This document shows, one piece after another, positions 26,175 through 38,475 of a DNA stretch of 64,000 nt. Position numbers and translations under genes: made by a program. The notes beneath the pieces were generated by a model, which worked only from the letters and a program-made list of their open reading frames with translations, ran no database searches and was not told where the DNA came from. The DNA comes from Octopus vulgaris (Eukaryota): the NCBI GenBank assembly GCA_951406725.2, contig OX597819.1, positions 132,866,001 to 132,930,000 of the forward strand. The letters are read 5' to 3'. Each line of letters begins with the position of its first letter. Within the stretch, counting starts at the first letter, position 1.

Positions 26175-26175
<1 letters not shown>
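26005..26175 (+). mobile_element. Meta-like SINE, internally deleted
   Basis: ggtcaaattccgccgagttcgaatttgcgtttcatcctttc. Confidence 0.7.
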
Positions 26176-26254
<79 letters not shown>

Positions 26255-26451
26255 TATCATTATTATTATATAAATATATATGCGTAAACTGGCGTTGCAA
26301 GTAGAGTTGGTACAGAAACAATTGTAACGTATCATTAAAGATGCGTTAAACAATTTTCTTTGTCTTCTTATCATTTGGGATATATATATGTATATATGTA
26401 TGTATATATGTATGTATGTATCATCGTTATCATCATCATCATCATCTTCAT

Positions 26452-26700
26452 CATTTAGCGTCCGTCATCCATGCTGGCATGGGACGGTTTGGCAGGGGCT
26501 GGTCAGTTGAATGGCTGTAAAAGACTCCTGTATGAATTGGCATGGCTTCTACCGCCGGATGCCCTTTTTAATATCAACCACTCTGAGAGTGTAATGGGTG
26601 CTTTTATGTGTCACTGGCACGGGTAGCATTTGCGTGACACCGGTGTGGTCTTACGTGCCACCGTCACAGGTACCAATTTGCGTGACACCAGTATCTGCCT
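26452..26700 (-). mobile_element. SINE 3' part with V-domain-like GGGCATCCGG motif and (TGA)n tail
   Basis: Minus strand aaagggcatccggcggtagaagccatgcc..cccatgccagcatggatgacggacgctaaatgatga. Confidence 0.6.
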
Positions 26701-26933
26701 GTATATATATATATTCTTCATTTTGCCATATGTTTCAGCAGTAAGGCTGTGGTCATGCTGGGGCACCGCCACTGTTATCAACTTTTAATTGGCCAATCCT
26801 TTGTGATTGGCTTTTGGTGAAGATGGGATTCAGTACTGTTGCCCTCTTTTGTGTTTCCTGCCCCCAGATTGCTTCATCTGGGACCTGGGATCGCGAGAAG
26901 TCAAGTTGTTTCTTGGAAACATTTACCCCAACT

Positions 26934-26984
<51 letters not shown>

Positions 26985-27513
26985 GACACAAACATATTGT
27001 GTGTGTGTGTGTATATGTATAGGGGAGAGAGAGAGAGAGGGGGAGAAGGAGAGGAAATTATGTGAATAAACAAATAAAACTGCTTTGGGTTTGATGTTCA
27101 GAATATATATTCACATGTATAAATGTAAATAGATAGAAACCAAAGAGTGGAAATAATCAGATGATGAATATTGAAGGACAAATACGGAGATGTTTATGTA
27201 TTAACGAAGCAAACGTACACAGAGTCTCCTCTGACTTTGTATTCTTTGTAGATTCGCTCTGTTAATATATGTATATTCGTCGCCTGAAAATGTTCAGTCT
27301 TTGCCTGTAGATTGGATATCAAACCAAACTGTTTTATTTGTTTATTTGGATCATTATCTCCATATTTACTCTCCTAGATTCCTATTCCAGCCACTCTTTA
27401 CCCCTCGGACTTGGTCCCTAGTAAAGGTTTCGGAGTGTAACTCCAAAACATTTGAGTGCTACTCTTTTCTATACTGAGCATCTCTGGAGCTCATCGGTTG
27501 ACTCTATATATCT

Positions 27514-27573
<60 letters not shown>

Positions 27574-30500
27574 CTCAGAGCAGAATAAAATCACATGATC
27601 TTGTAGCCCAAGTGACGGAAAAAGCAGTGATTGTCTTCCGTTGGTGATTGCTATGGTGTGCTGTTAGGCACCATACAATCATACAAGTTTCTTCACTCTT
27701 GGTAAATATTACAGTATCTGTGTGCTCTAACGCAACATCCGCTTTTTAGAGGTGAATATCTTACCTTCGGGCGTTAATACTGTCTCTGTTGCTCTTTTTT
27801 TAAGGTTTAACCTGTTCTATTTGCGAGTTCTTGTATGTTGTGTGGTAATCGTTACGTAAGCGATTGAATGGTCTCTTTGAAACTCAGATCTGTAGAAAAA
27901 ACGCTATTTAGTCCATACTTATTTACCTGACTTTTCTCATTCCTCAAAACAGAATATATCATCTATTTTGTTTCAAATGCAACTAACTATTGCATCGGGG
28001 GTTCTTGTTGATATTCAAGTAGTGTAGGTCCACTTACAGTTACAAATTGAGCAGGGAAAATATTTTCTTAATAGGACTCACGTTCAATCCCAGCTGATGG
28101 TTTCTTCTCTTCAGACCTGTTACTCTGACGTGAAGCATATTTATGCAATTTATCTTCGTCCGTTGCCGAAACCTCAACGGAAATACGAGAGAGAGCAATA
28201 TTGAAGATGGCATTACTGAAGTGGCACTTGCTGGATTTTGTCGCTATATTGGATACTTATCATCGTCAAGTAGTTTTCTAGTCCATGTGTTCACAAAAGA
28301 ACTGCACGAAGACTTTGTAGTTTCAAAAGTGATGACTTCAGTATCGACGGCTCTTTCAGGATATGATACTTTTTAGTCAAACATAGTCAATAGTTTCCCG
28401 TGTCTGCCATATTTAAAGTTATGGAGATATGATCTGGTTCGCCGTTCCCGAATAACTGAAACAACGATCTGTAGTCCGTAATACGCAATAATCTGAATGG
28501 GTTAGTTGAGTTAGTCAATTGAAAAACGACTTTTGATAAACTAAGGAACAAGGTAAAAGATATTCTGAGGTTGATATGATGGACTAGAATTCGGGAAGAC
28601 AGTGTATTGGCGTTGCCATATCTGAAACCAGTAAAATACGAAAATGTGTAAGTTGTAAACGACATGACTGTGTCTGTTGATAGGAAAAAAGTGTAAATCT
28701 AATCAATTAATATTTTGTTCCAAAGAATTTATGATAAAACTTAATAGAAGGACCGCCCAGTGTGCAGCTATCTGGATCCCGTTCTATATTTCAGTTATAC
28801 TGTTGTATAAGATTAAGTTTAATAATCACACCTCGAAGTTATCCTCAATATAACGGCACTCTTCCAGAAGAATTGTTACTGAACTGTGTCACATTTAAAA
28901 TAGAAAAGGAAATAGTTATAGAGCCATTAAGAACTTTTCGCACTTGAAATGAAAGACACGCTGAAATAATTTTAGCTTTTAGCTGAATGTAATCTAACTT
29001 CACATTATATAATGTTTAGAAATAACAGCTTTGGAAATAAGTGTAAAACACTCAAAAGACACGATAAAATGGAACTTTGGTAATTGTATTGTTGATATAT
29101 TATTCCACTAGAGAAAATACATTCCTGTCAAACTCAACTTCAAAACAATAAGCCGCATCTCCAGTTGTGTTCTGGATATAGCAAACTCTTAAAATATAGA
29201 AACTGTGATTAAAATAGCGTTCTTCATAACTACTTGAAGATCGATCGTTGTTCAAATATCATTCTGAAATAATTGAAAAGAAACCTACAATTTTACAATA
29301 TCTAATTGGTATTTCCAACAAGAACACTGCAATGACTATTAATAGTGGTGATTGGTAGTGAAGCACTGAAACTGTCGAATCAGGATCGATACCCCTACGC
29401 GTATTTTGAGCTAGATGCAACTTTTACAGAGCTGCGAGATATCCAAAATCTTTACAATTAAATTAGGGGGAGAGAAAACCTGATGGGACCTCGTTGGTGG
29501 CAGAGATGCTCCTGTTCTTTAATTATAAGCTTAACCGCATCGTGTGATCCTTTTGTATCTTTAACAACGCGTACCCTGCCGCAAGAATAGGCACCCTGTT
29601 TTCGATCCAAGAATAAATTCTTCCCTTCCTCCCACCAATCTTGGGGCATGGATCATCGGTGATGCTCTCCTTCGTCCCTCTATGCCACAAATAAAACGAT
29701 TCTTTTAGAAATTAAATGAATCCGGACATTTGTCTTTCCTCCTGTCTACCTGAATTTCTCTGATAGCATTTGTGTATTCAATGCGCTTTATAATCACTGA
29801 TTCCAAGCAAACACAATATACACAGACGCAGACAGTTCTGCTACTCAGTTTTGCTTTGTAATTTATGATCAGTTAAATTAATTCTTTAATTTCGGTGAAC
29901 ATAGTAATTACCTGGAGAAGGCAAAGAAAAGAAGTTATAACCCCATTCTAATATGTCTTTGAGTTAATATGAAAATTTCTTAACATAATGGCTACATTTA
30001 AGAACATTAATAAAATGTTGATCTTTAGGGCTTAATTTCAATCATTCACTCAGTGAATTTGAAATCCGATAGGGAAATATTAATTTAATTTCTCTTGTTA
30101 AAAATAAAGGTACAACGACTTAATTTATTTCACATGAATATGTATGACAACACTTCAAAGGAAAAAGAAATTAACAAGAGAATTCTTTGTCTCTTCTTAA
30201 GAGACATATTGCAGTCCAATATATTTCGTTGCTCTCGGCTTCCTCTTAGTTTAATTCTTGTTCGGTTAAGCTGGAAAAATATTTGAGAGTGTCAATCCTA
30301 TAGAATTTACAAATATACAATAAACTGAAGCAATATTTCAAGGTGTCAAATAAGTTTTGCAAAGAATCGTGTTAAAAAAAATACTGAAAAAAACTATAAA
30401 GGAAAAGTCAAATTACTACTACTTTTTGACTTTTTTTTTCGTTTTCGAGTTGAGATCAAAGGGACTTATAAAGTATTTGAAGCTTATTTGCAGTTTTATT

Positions 30501-31805
30501 AAATAAAGATGATACTGGTCGAGATAGGCGATAAAAGTGATATCTCTAAAGAATTCAAGACAACCAATTATCAAATAACATCAATCGATAGCGACTCCGT
30601 CGTTTAAGAGAATTATTTTTAGGCATAAAAGGTTATAAAATTATTTCATGAATATTATTGGAAATGTGAAATCCTATGTGGCACAAATCGTTTTGTTCTT
30701 CGTGAGACGCTTTTTCTGCTTCCAGTATCAGGTTTGGAAATTATTTTATTGATACTTTTTCATTCAGAGACACATTTCTATAGAGATTTAGTCTTCATTT
30801 AAACTATAAAAGGAATGGATGGCGTAGAATGTGAGAGGAGCAGTCATTGGTAAGTGTTGCTTCTTTACAACTAAACTTAATGTGACAGGAGAAAAATTAA
30901 TTTTCTGTTCTTCAACTCCACTGTAGAATTCGTCGCCAGATTATCTTGGAGAAAATAAGAGGAATTCAATGCAAAAATTGGTAGGATGGCATGATGCATG
31001 GAATTTATATCTGTCTTGTATCACCGTAATGAAATGATGAGGTAACAACATACAAATGAATAGTTGCAAAAGGAGTAAGACTATGGCGACAAGAAAAACG
31101 ATTCGTACAAACACACACACACACATACACTCACACACACTCACACATACACACACACAGACACACACACACACACACACACTCACACACAAACACACGC
31201 GCGTGCACGCAGACACACATACAAAATTATGTACACACATTGAATGATAATAAAGACAATATTTTACAAAAATATATTTGATATTCAGACTTTAATAGAA
31301 TCTGCAGACAGAGCATGGAATATTCTTAGAATGCAATTTTTCCAATGACGGTGCTGAAAATTTGATGGGCGCTTGATTTTGAAATTTTTATTTCAGGAAT
31401 GGCTGGCTGCAATGATTGTCTCCAACTCTAGCAATGGGCTTCTGGTACCAACTTTTATTTGTGGATCTCGCCGATGTCTGTGGTCTTCTTGAACGTTTCC
31501 TGTGGACAGTTTGGACAGTTCCATCAAATAATTTCTAACTTGATTGTTGGCAAATTACATTGGTAGATCTGCTTGGGAATTCTCGCTAGAAAAGTCCTGC
31601 ACTTGGAATACGTTTTCGAATTTCCATCAGCAAATTCCGATGAAATTCCTCTGTTGCTCAAATCTTCGTCTGACTCTCTTTGTTGTTTACTGTCGGATCA
31701 GTGTAAAAGCAAAGGAAAATTGAGTTATCAGCAGTTAATAAAGTGTGTGTTCATTTTGGGGGACACCTACACACATACGAACACAGACTCACTCATTCAC
31801 TCACT

Positions 31806-31894
<89 letters not shown>

Positions 31895-32520
31895 TCCTCC
31901 GTCCTCCTGCCAACAAAGCACACGGAGTTCTGTTTTTGATTCGACGGTCATTCGGAATGCTCACAGCAGCCATATTCCTACCGCTCTAAATCACGCTGGT
32001 GAGACCCATATTGGAGGACGGGATTCAAGCGTCATCTCCTTATCTCCTCAAGACATACATCATCTCGAAAGAGTCCAGAAGCTGGCTACCCGCATGGTTC
32101 TTGGTCTCAAGCATTTGTCTTATGAAGAAAGGCTGAAGACGTTCGACCTTTATTCTCTAGAAAAACGACGATGCCGTGGTGATCTCATTCTTGCTCACAA
32201 CATTATAAGCAGAAAGTGTAACCTCTCGAAAGAGCTGTTCTTCACTCCTGCTCCAGAGCGTCGGCTGCGGGGTCACTCCGAAAAGCTCTATCTGCGATGA
32301 TTTCATCTCAGTCGAAGGAGAGGGGCTTTCTCCGTCCGGGTTGCGGATCCGTGGAATAAGCTGCCGGACGAGATGGTGAAGATGCCGACGACCGCTCGGT
32401 TCAAAGTCTCTCTTGACCAGAAATGGCCTGAACTCTTTGCATGAACCTGCTCCCTGTACATAACTCCATGTCTCCCTACATGGCCTTGCTATTTGCTTTT
32501 TGAGCCCAAAAATTAACTTA
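31895..32520 (+). mobile_element. CR1-clade LINE 3' fragment (RT C-terminus and 3' UTR)
   Basis: LVRPILE, LERVQKLATRMV.GLKHLSYEERL, SLEKRRCRGDLI, RGHSEKL, WNKLP and FKVSLD; one stop and a frameshift. Confidence 0.92.
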
Positions 32521-32547
32521 ATTTTCCCACCCCGTCTTCTGTCTCCT

Positions 32548-32582
32548 GTTTCTGAAGAAGAGCTTTGCTCGAAACGTAAAAC
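32548..32582 (+). ncRNA. Minimal (dimer-type) hammerhead ribozyme with intact core
   Basis: gttt-CTGAAGA-a-GAGC-ttt-GCTC-GAAAC-GTA-aaac. Stem III is the palindrome ACGT with no loop. Confidence 0.75.
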
Positions 32583-32680
32583 CATCTTTCTTTCCTTCCC
32601 TGAGCGTCTGCTAATACTTTACATGTAACACGTCCTCGCATTGTTGTTTGTTTGTATTTGCTTTTCGTTTTTGGGGATTT

Positions 32681-32717
<37 letters not shown>

Positions 32718-32800
32718 AAAAAAGGAACCAAGAAGTGGAACGAAACGACGAATCGGAACGAACCTGATCACCTATATATATATATATATATAACGGGAAG

Positions 32801-32882
<82 letters not shown>

Positions 32883-33022
32883 CGGGAAGGTTTACGAAAA
32901 TAGACAAAAGACGAAGGTAGGTGGAGTACAAACAAACAAATGTATTAGTATAGCGCTCAGGAATAAAAATAGAAAAAGTCTTTTACGTTTCGAGCCTATG
33001 TAATATAATATAATATAATATA

Positions 33023-33112
<90 letters not shown>

Positions 33113-33234
33113 ATAGAGGGCATTATTACACATAAATGCCTCACACTAAGAGGGACTAAGTCATTACTACCAAAATTATACTAATCATACCCAAATGCAG
33201 TTTTTCAAAGCAAGACATTTAAAAAAATGAATTT

Positions 33235-33292
33235 AGTTCTGTATCACCGTGATTTCACATTCAACTTGCGTCTTATGATCCTCAGCAGAACT
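33235..33292 (-). ncRNA. Hammerhead ribozyme, copy 1
   Basis: agttctg-CTGAGGA-tcat..atgt-GAA-ATCAC-G-GTGAT-A-cagaact, with a 7-bp stem I. Confidence 0.75.
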
Positions 33293-33714
33293 GATTCTGA
33301 ACACATCATAAATAAACTACCAACCTTACGTAGCGAAGACGACCAGACAACTGATCACTCCGGCCAAGCACATGGAATGTTTATCAATCATATATCCGGT
33401 AAATGGCGGGCTTTTTACGAACTGCATGTCGGGTAATAAAAAGTATTTCGGAATAAGTTTAACAATTAAGGATAACCTCTTAATAAGGAATCTTAACAAG
33501 AAATTATCGGGTAGTTAGCGTGAAAACCTCATAAAAGAAAAGAATTCGAAAATAATTTTTTTCTTTTGAACAAATTAATTATATCTATATTGTATAGAGG
33601 GCATTATTACACATAAATGCCTCACACTAAGAGGGACTAAGTCATTACTACCAAAATTATACTAATCATACCCAAATGCAGTTTTTCAAAGCAAGACATT
33701 TAAAAAATGAATTT

Positions 33715-33772
33715 AGTTCTGTATCACCGTGATTTCACATTCAACTTGCGTCTTATGATCCTCAGCAGAACT
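33715..33772 (-). ncRNA. Hammerhead ribozyme, copy 2
   Basis: Identical to copy 1, 480 bp away. Confidence 0.75.
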
Positions 33773-33885
33773 GATTCTGAACACATCATAAATAAACTAC
33801 CAACCTTACGTAGCGAAGACGACCAGACAACTGATCACTCCGGCCAAGCACATGGAATGTTTATATATCATATATGTTCAGAATC

Positions 33886-33943
33886 AGTTCTGCTGAGGAT
33901 CATAAGACGCAAGCTGAATGTGAAATCACGGTGATACAGAACT
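33886..33943 (+). ncRNA. Hammerhead ribozyme, copy 3 (in the inverted arm)
   Basis: agttctg CTGAGGA tcataagacgcaagctgaatgt GAAATCACGGTGATA cagaact. Confidence 0.75.
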
Positions 33944-34210
33944 AAATTCATTTTTTTAAATGTCTTGCTTTGAAAAACTGCATTTGGGTATGATTAGTAT
34001 AATTTTGGTAGTAATGACTTAGTCCCTCTTAGTGTGAGGCATTTATGTGTAATAATGCCCTCTATACAATATAGATATAATTAATTTGTTCAAAAGAAAA
34101 AAATTATTTTCGAATTCTTTTCTTTTATGAGGTTTTCACGCTAACTACCCGATAATTTCTTGTTAAGATTCCTTATTAAGAGGTTATCCCTAATTGTTAA
34201 ACTTATTCCG

Positions 34211-34272
<62 letters not shown>

Positions 34273-34707
34273 GTATATGTAAGGAAAAGAATCTGAAAAT
34301 GTAGGAGTCATTTAGAAGTATTTATTGACTTTAAAAGGTTTGACTTATTTAAAAAGATATTCAAAAGTAAAGTATGAGGCTTTGTGTATCGTCTCTGATG
34401 AGTCAAAAGATAATTTACATAAACACATTCAGTTGAGGTCGTAAAATGTTTTTAGAATGATAAGAAGATCAAAATTAGTTGACATAAATATATCCAAATG
34501 AAGTAAAGCAGTCTTTGAAAAGAAGAATAAACGTGTCTGGTTTGTCAATCATTCGGCAGTAAAGTCTTAGTCTTACTCTGATCAGAAACCATAATTGTTT
34601 GCAGCATCTTAAATTGAAAGAAAGGTGAGTAGAGAAGTAACAGAGCATTTATTATAGTTCTCGGATTTGGAAGTAGGGTTTCGCATTTGGATGGAATTTG
34701 ACAGTTA

Positions 34708-34896
34708 TTCTCTTACTTGTTTCAGTCATTTGACAGCGGCCATGCTGGGGTACCGCCTTTAGTCGAGCAAATCGACCTCAGGACTTATTCTTTGTAAGCC
34801 TAGTACTTATCCTATCGGTCTCTTTTGCCGAACAGCTAATTTACGGGGACACAAACATACTAGCATCGGTTGTCCAGTGATGGGGGGGGGGGGCAA

Positions 34897-34947
<51 letters not shown>

Positions 34948-35119
34948 CATATATACGACAGGCTTCTTTCAGTTTCCGTCTACCAAATCCACTCACAAGG
35001 CTTTGGTCGGCCCGAGGCTATAGTAGAAGACACTTGCCCAAGGTGCCACGCAGTGGGACTGAACCCAGAACCATGTGGCTGGTAAGCAAGCTACTTACCA
35101 CACAGCCACTCCTGCGCCT
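34708..35119 (-). mobile_element. CORE-like tRNA-SINE, full length
   Basis: Head GGCGCAGGAGTGGCTGTGTGGTAAG, then CCTTGGGCAAGT, an internal microsatellite and tail aatgactgaaacaagtaagag. Confidence 0.9.
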
Positions 35120-35449
35120 ATTACTATTTTATATGGATGTGGTGCCTCAAAATTGGCTTCTTTTTAAAAAACGATGTGGTTGGTTGCTACCAGTCACATG
35201 ATCAAAAGCTGCTTCTGTTTATTTTTTCTAAAAAAAGGTGGCTTAGAATTGCTTTCTCTCGAAGAACAATATGGGTGGCTGATGGCAGTCACATGATCAA
35301 AAAGTAGTTCACGATTGTTCTGGTTTGTAATAGTTGTTGTGGAGCCAAGAAAGGCCTGTTTTTTTGAGCTGCTTCTGTTACGGTTCAGTAGTCTTCGGCT
35401 GGTGTTTTGGGGTTCTTAGAAATATATGACTCATAAGCAAAGAATGGTG

Positions 35450-36270
35450 CGTATTTGCGTGAAAGTGTATGTGTGTGGTTTATTCTGGGAAATGCGAATA
35501 GCGGGTTAATGTGTGTGTGTGCGTATGTGTACATGTGTGCGTGTGTGTGGGTAATCTATTTGTGTGTGAGAGACTACGTATGCGTACGTGTGTATGTGTG
35601 CATGCGTGTGTGCGTGCGTGCGTGTATATGTGTGTGCTACGGTTGTCAGGGCGGTGTGTGTGTGTACGTGTGTATGCCTGCGCATGTGTATTATATTTAT
35701 CAGGGCGGTGTGTGTATGTGTGTACGTGTGTATGCGAGTGCATGTGTGAATGTGTGTTACGTTTGTTAGGGTGTATGTGTACGTGTGTGTGCCCGTGTGT
35801 GTGTTCGTGCGTATGTGTGTATGTGTGTGCGTTGCATTGGTAAGGGCTGTGTGTGCACGTGGGTATGTGTGATGTGTGAGTGTGTCTGTGTATGTATGCG
35901 TGTGTCTTATATTTGTCCGGGTGCTGTGTGTGTGTGTGTGTGCGTGTACGTGTGTGTACGTGTATGTGCCTTTGTATGTGTGTGTATATGTGTGTGTCTC
36001 CGAGTGTTGTGACTGTTAAATTGCATTGCATATGTATGTGTGTGTTTTCTTCTGGGGAATGGGCATATTGTGTTTGTGTGTGTGTGAGCGGGTAGTAATG
36101 TATTTATGTGTGTGTGTGTGTATCTGCGTATGTGTCTCTGTGTATTTGTGTGTGCGTGTACGGGTGCGCGTGTATATGTGAGTATATATGAGTGTGTCTG
36201 TGTGTGGATGTGTGTTCCTGGCATTCTGTTTATGTGTGAATGCGTGAAGGGCTGTTCGTGTGTGCAGGAA
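35450..36270. repeat. Degenerate (TG)n-rich low-complexity tract
   Basis: Interrupted TG/TA/CG dinucleotides with recurring cagggcggtg-like units. Confidence 0.85.
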
Positions 36271-36299
36271 TTAGAGTGTTGCTCAGTTGTTCCGACTCC

Positions 36300-36580
36300 A
36301 ACCGACAATGTCCAACGATATTTCCTAAGATGTTACAATCTGTGCTCTGTATTTTCCAATAAAAATGTTTTCATTATTCATTCGGGTTTGTTCAGTGGTG
36401 CTGTTTGGGCAAAGGTGCAGTGAGAAAACTTGGAATTCAGGTGACTTATTTTTGGCACAAAGATCTAAGTGGCCGCTGTGTGGTACCTGTCTTGTAGTGG
36501 GATTCCGCAATTGGTAGATTGTCATCCTCTCTCTGAGGGTAAGGCTAGTTTGCCATACGTAATCCCCAACTTTACTTTGT
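36300..36580 (-). mobile_element. PLE GIY-YIG endonuclease C-terminal fragment
   Basis: DYVWQTSLTLRERMT (YIGQT..LR.R type), followed by HLDLCA..TRMNNENIFIGKY. Confidence 0.6.
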
Positions 36581-36625
<45 letters not shown>

Positions 36626-36633
36626 TTATTTAT

Positions 36634-36765
36634 GTATATTAAGAAACAGGAGGTAGGCAGAATTTTGAATATTTCTTTATTAGCGCTTTCATTCGGTTAA
36701 ATGAACGAAAGCGCTATTAAAGAATTATCCAAAATTCTAACTGCCTCCTTTTTCTTAAGATACAA
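36634..36765. repeat. Imperfect palindrome (~55-bp arms) centred beside GAAAGCGCTA
   Basis: aagaaacaggaggtaggcagaattttgaatatttctttattagcgctttc pairs with gaaagcgctattaaagaattatccaaaattctaactgcctcctttttctt. Confidence 0.8.
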
Positions 36766-38074
36766 TATGTGTACGCCACTACATATACATAGATACATAT
36801 ACATATACATGTCTTATAGATACATATACATATACATGTCTTATAGATACATATACATATACATGTCTTATATATATATATATATATATATATAAGACAA
36901 TCAATACTTCATTTCATTATACTACTATATACTTTTTATACTATATATTCTATATTCTACATTAATATTATAAAGAATATAAATAAAACATAAAAAACAG
37001 ACAGAGTTGGAATTTCTTTGAATAATATATATATATATACATATGACAAATTCCCTGTATGCAAAACATGTAGAATGATATTATCAAATGGACTGCAAAC
37101 TATAATTCTATCAATATCCAGACTCTAAAAAATATAGTACATATAGAGACTATAAATATGTTTATACTTAAATATGGCAAATCTTTAATAAAAAAGTAAA
37201 GAAATGGTAAGAATTTGGCAGTCGCAATCTCAACAAAGGCTGTATGTAAAACTCGTAAAAAGATCTCAAAGAATTGCTGGAATAACAGTAACAAGTGTAA
37301 TAAAATTTAGAGAAATAACAACCAAATTTACATGAAAAAAAAATGTTTAAACAATTCCAACAAATCCAATTCGGAAACGGAACGAGTCGAAAAGTACGAT
37401 GAAGAATTCACCTGAAGCTAAACCTAAAAGAAGTGAGGTTAATTTTGAAAAGCTTACTCAATAGAAAGCTCCATAGAATAAATCACTTGTGTTGATTCTA
37501 TTTCTAAATGTCAGAGGTAAAAAAAAAGAAAGAAAGAAAGAAAGAAAGAACAAGCCAAACCGCAAAAATCCAGCTGAAGTTGTTAGTAGAGATTTAATGC
37601 CAGCATTTTCTTTACTTGTAATGCTCTGAGATATATGAACTTTTACAATGCTTGTCACTTGGTAAATACGAAGGGTGAAAGATTAACGAGGAAGGTTTAT
37701 ATTTTATTCTTCACATCGAAACTATTTTTTTGTTCAATTTAATTGTAAATCAAACTTAACTCATGGCACTACAAAATGTCAGAAGAATCCCAATTATCGG
37801 AACACATCAACTTAATGTCAGGTTACGTCTACACACGCATACACGCATACACACATACACACATACAAACATACACACATACACACATACACACACCTCT
37901 CTATGTGCTATGTTCAAGGATGGATGTAATGTTTCGTGGAATATATGTTTCCGATGTCGTGAAATTTGCGTCTTATTGGAAAGTTGTACGACTTTAGAGA
38001 ATGGAAAGTAAAATTTTCAACATATCTCCGTGCGTCACAAAATTTCAGTAAATATTGATATTAGTGCAGGTAAT

Positions 38075-38145
<71 letters not shown>

Positions 38146-38164
38146 ATAATAATAATAATAACGT

Positions 38165-38475
38165 TGGAAGAAACGTTAGCACGCCGGGCGAAATGCGCAG
38201 CCGTTTTTCGTCTGCCGTTACGTTGTGAGTTCAAATTCCGCCGAGGTCGACTTTGCCTTTCATCCTTTCGGGGTCGATTAAATAAGTACCAGTTACGTAC
38301 TGGGGTCGATGTAATCAACCTAATCCGTTTGTCTGTCCTTGTTTGTCCCCTCTGTGTTTAGCCCCTTGTGGGTAGTAAAGAAATAGAAATAGGTATTTCG
38401 TCCGTCTTCACGTTCTGAGTTCAAATTCCGCCGAGGTCGACTTAGCTTTTTATCCTTTCGGAGTCGATAAATTAA
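38165..38475 (+). mobile_element. Meta-like SINE dimer; the second unit is cut at TTAA by the piggyBac
   Basis: Full unit, then junction aaataggtatttcgtc, then a partial unit ending gtcgataaaTTAA. Confidence 0.85.

Larger units (their letters stand above)
33108..34213. mobile_element. Retrozyme/pLTR-like array: 480-bp unit, partial tandem copy and ~340-bp inverted copy, inside (TA)n
   Basis: 33110.. repeats at 33591..33865. 33875-34213 is the reverse complement of ~33445-33783. The copies are nearly identical. Confidence 0.9.

Noticed and set aside
32985-33000. Minus-strand ggctcGAAACGTAaaag
   Set aside because: Only the 3' half of an HHR, truncated by a microsatellite, so not counted as a ribozyme.
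34390-34440. CTGATGA-gtc-aaaa-gat hammerhead-like start
   Set aside because: No properly placed GAAA, stem III or stem I.
36790-36870. 27-bp tandem repeat, three copies
   Set aside because: An ordinary minisatellite derived from TA/CA repeats.
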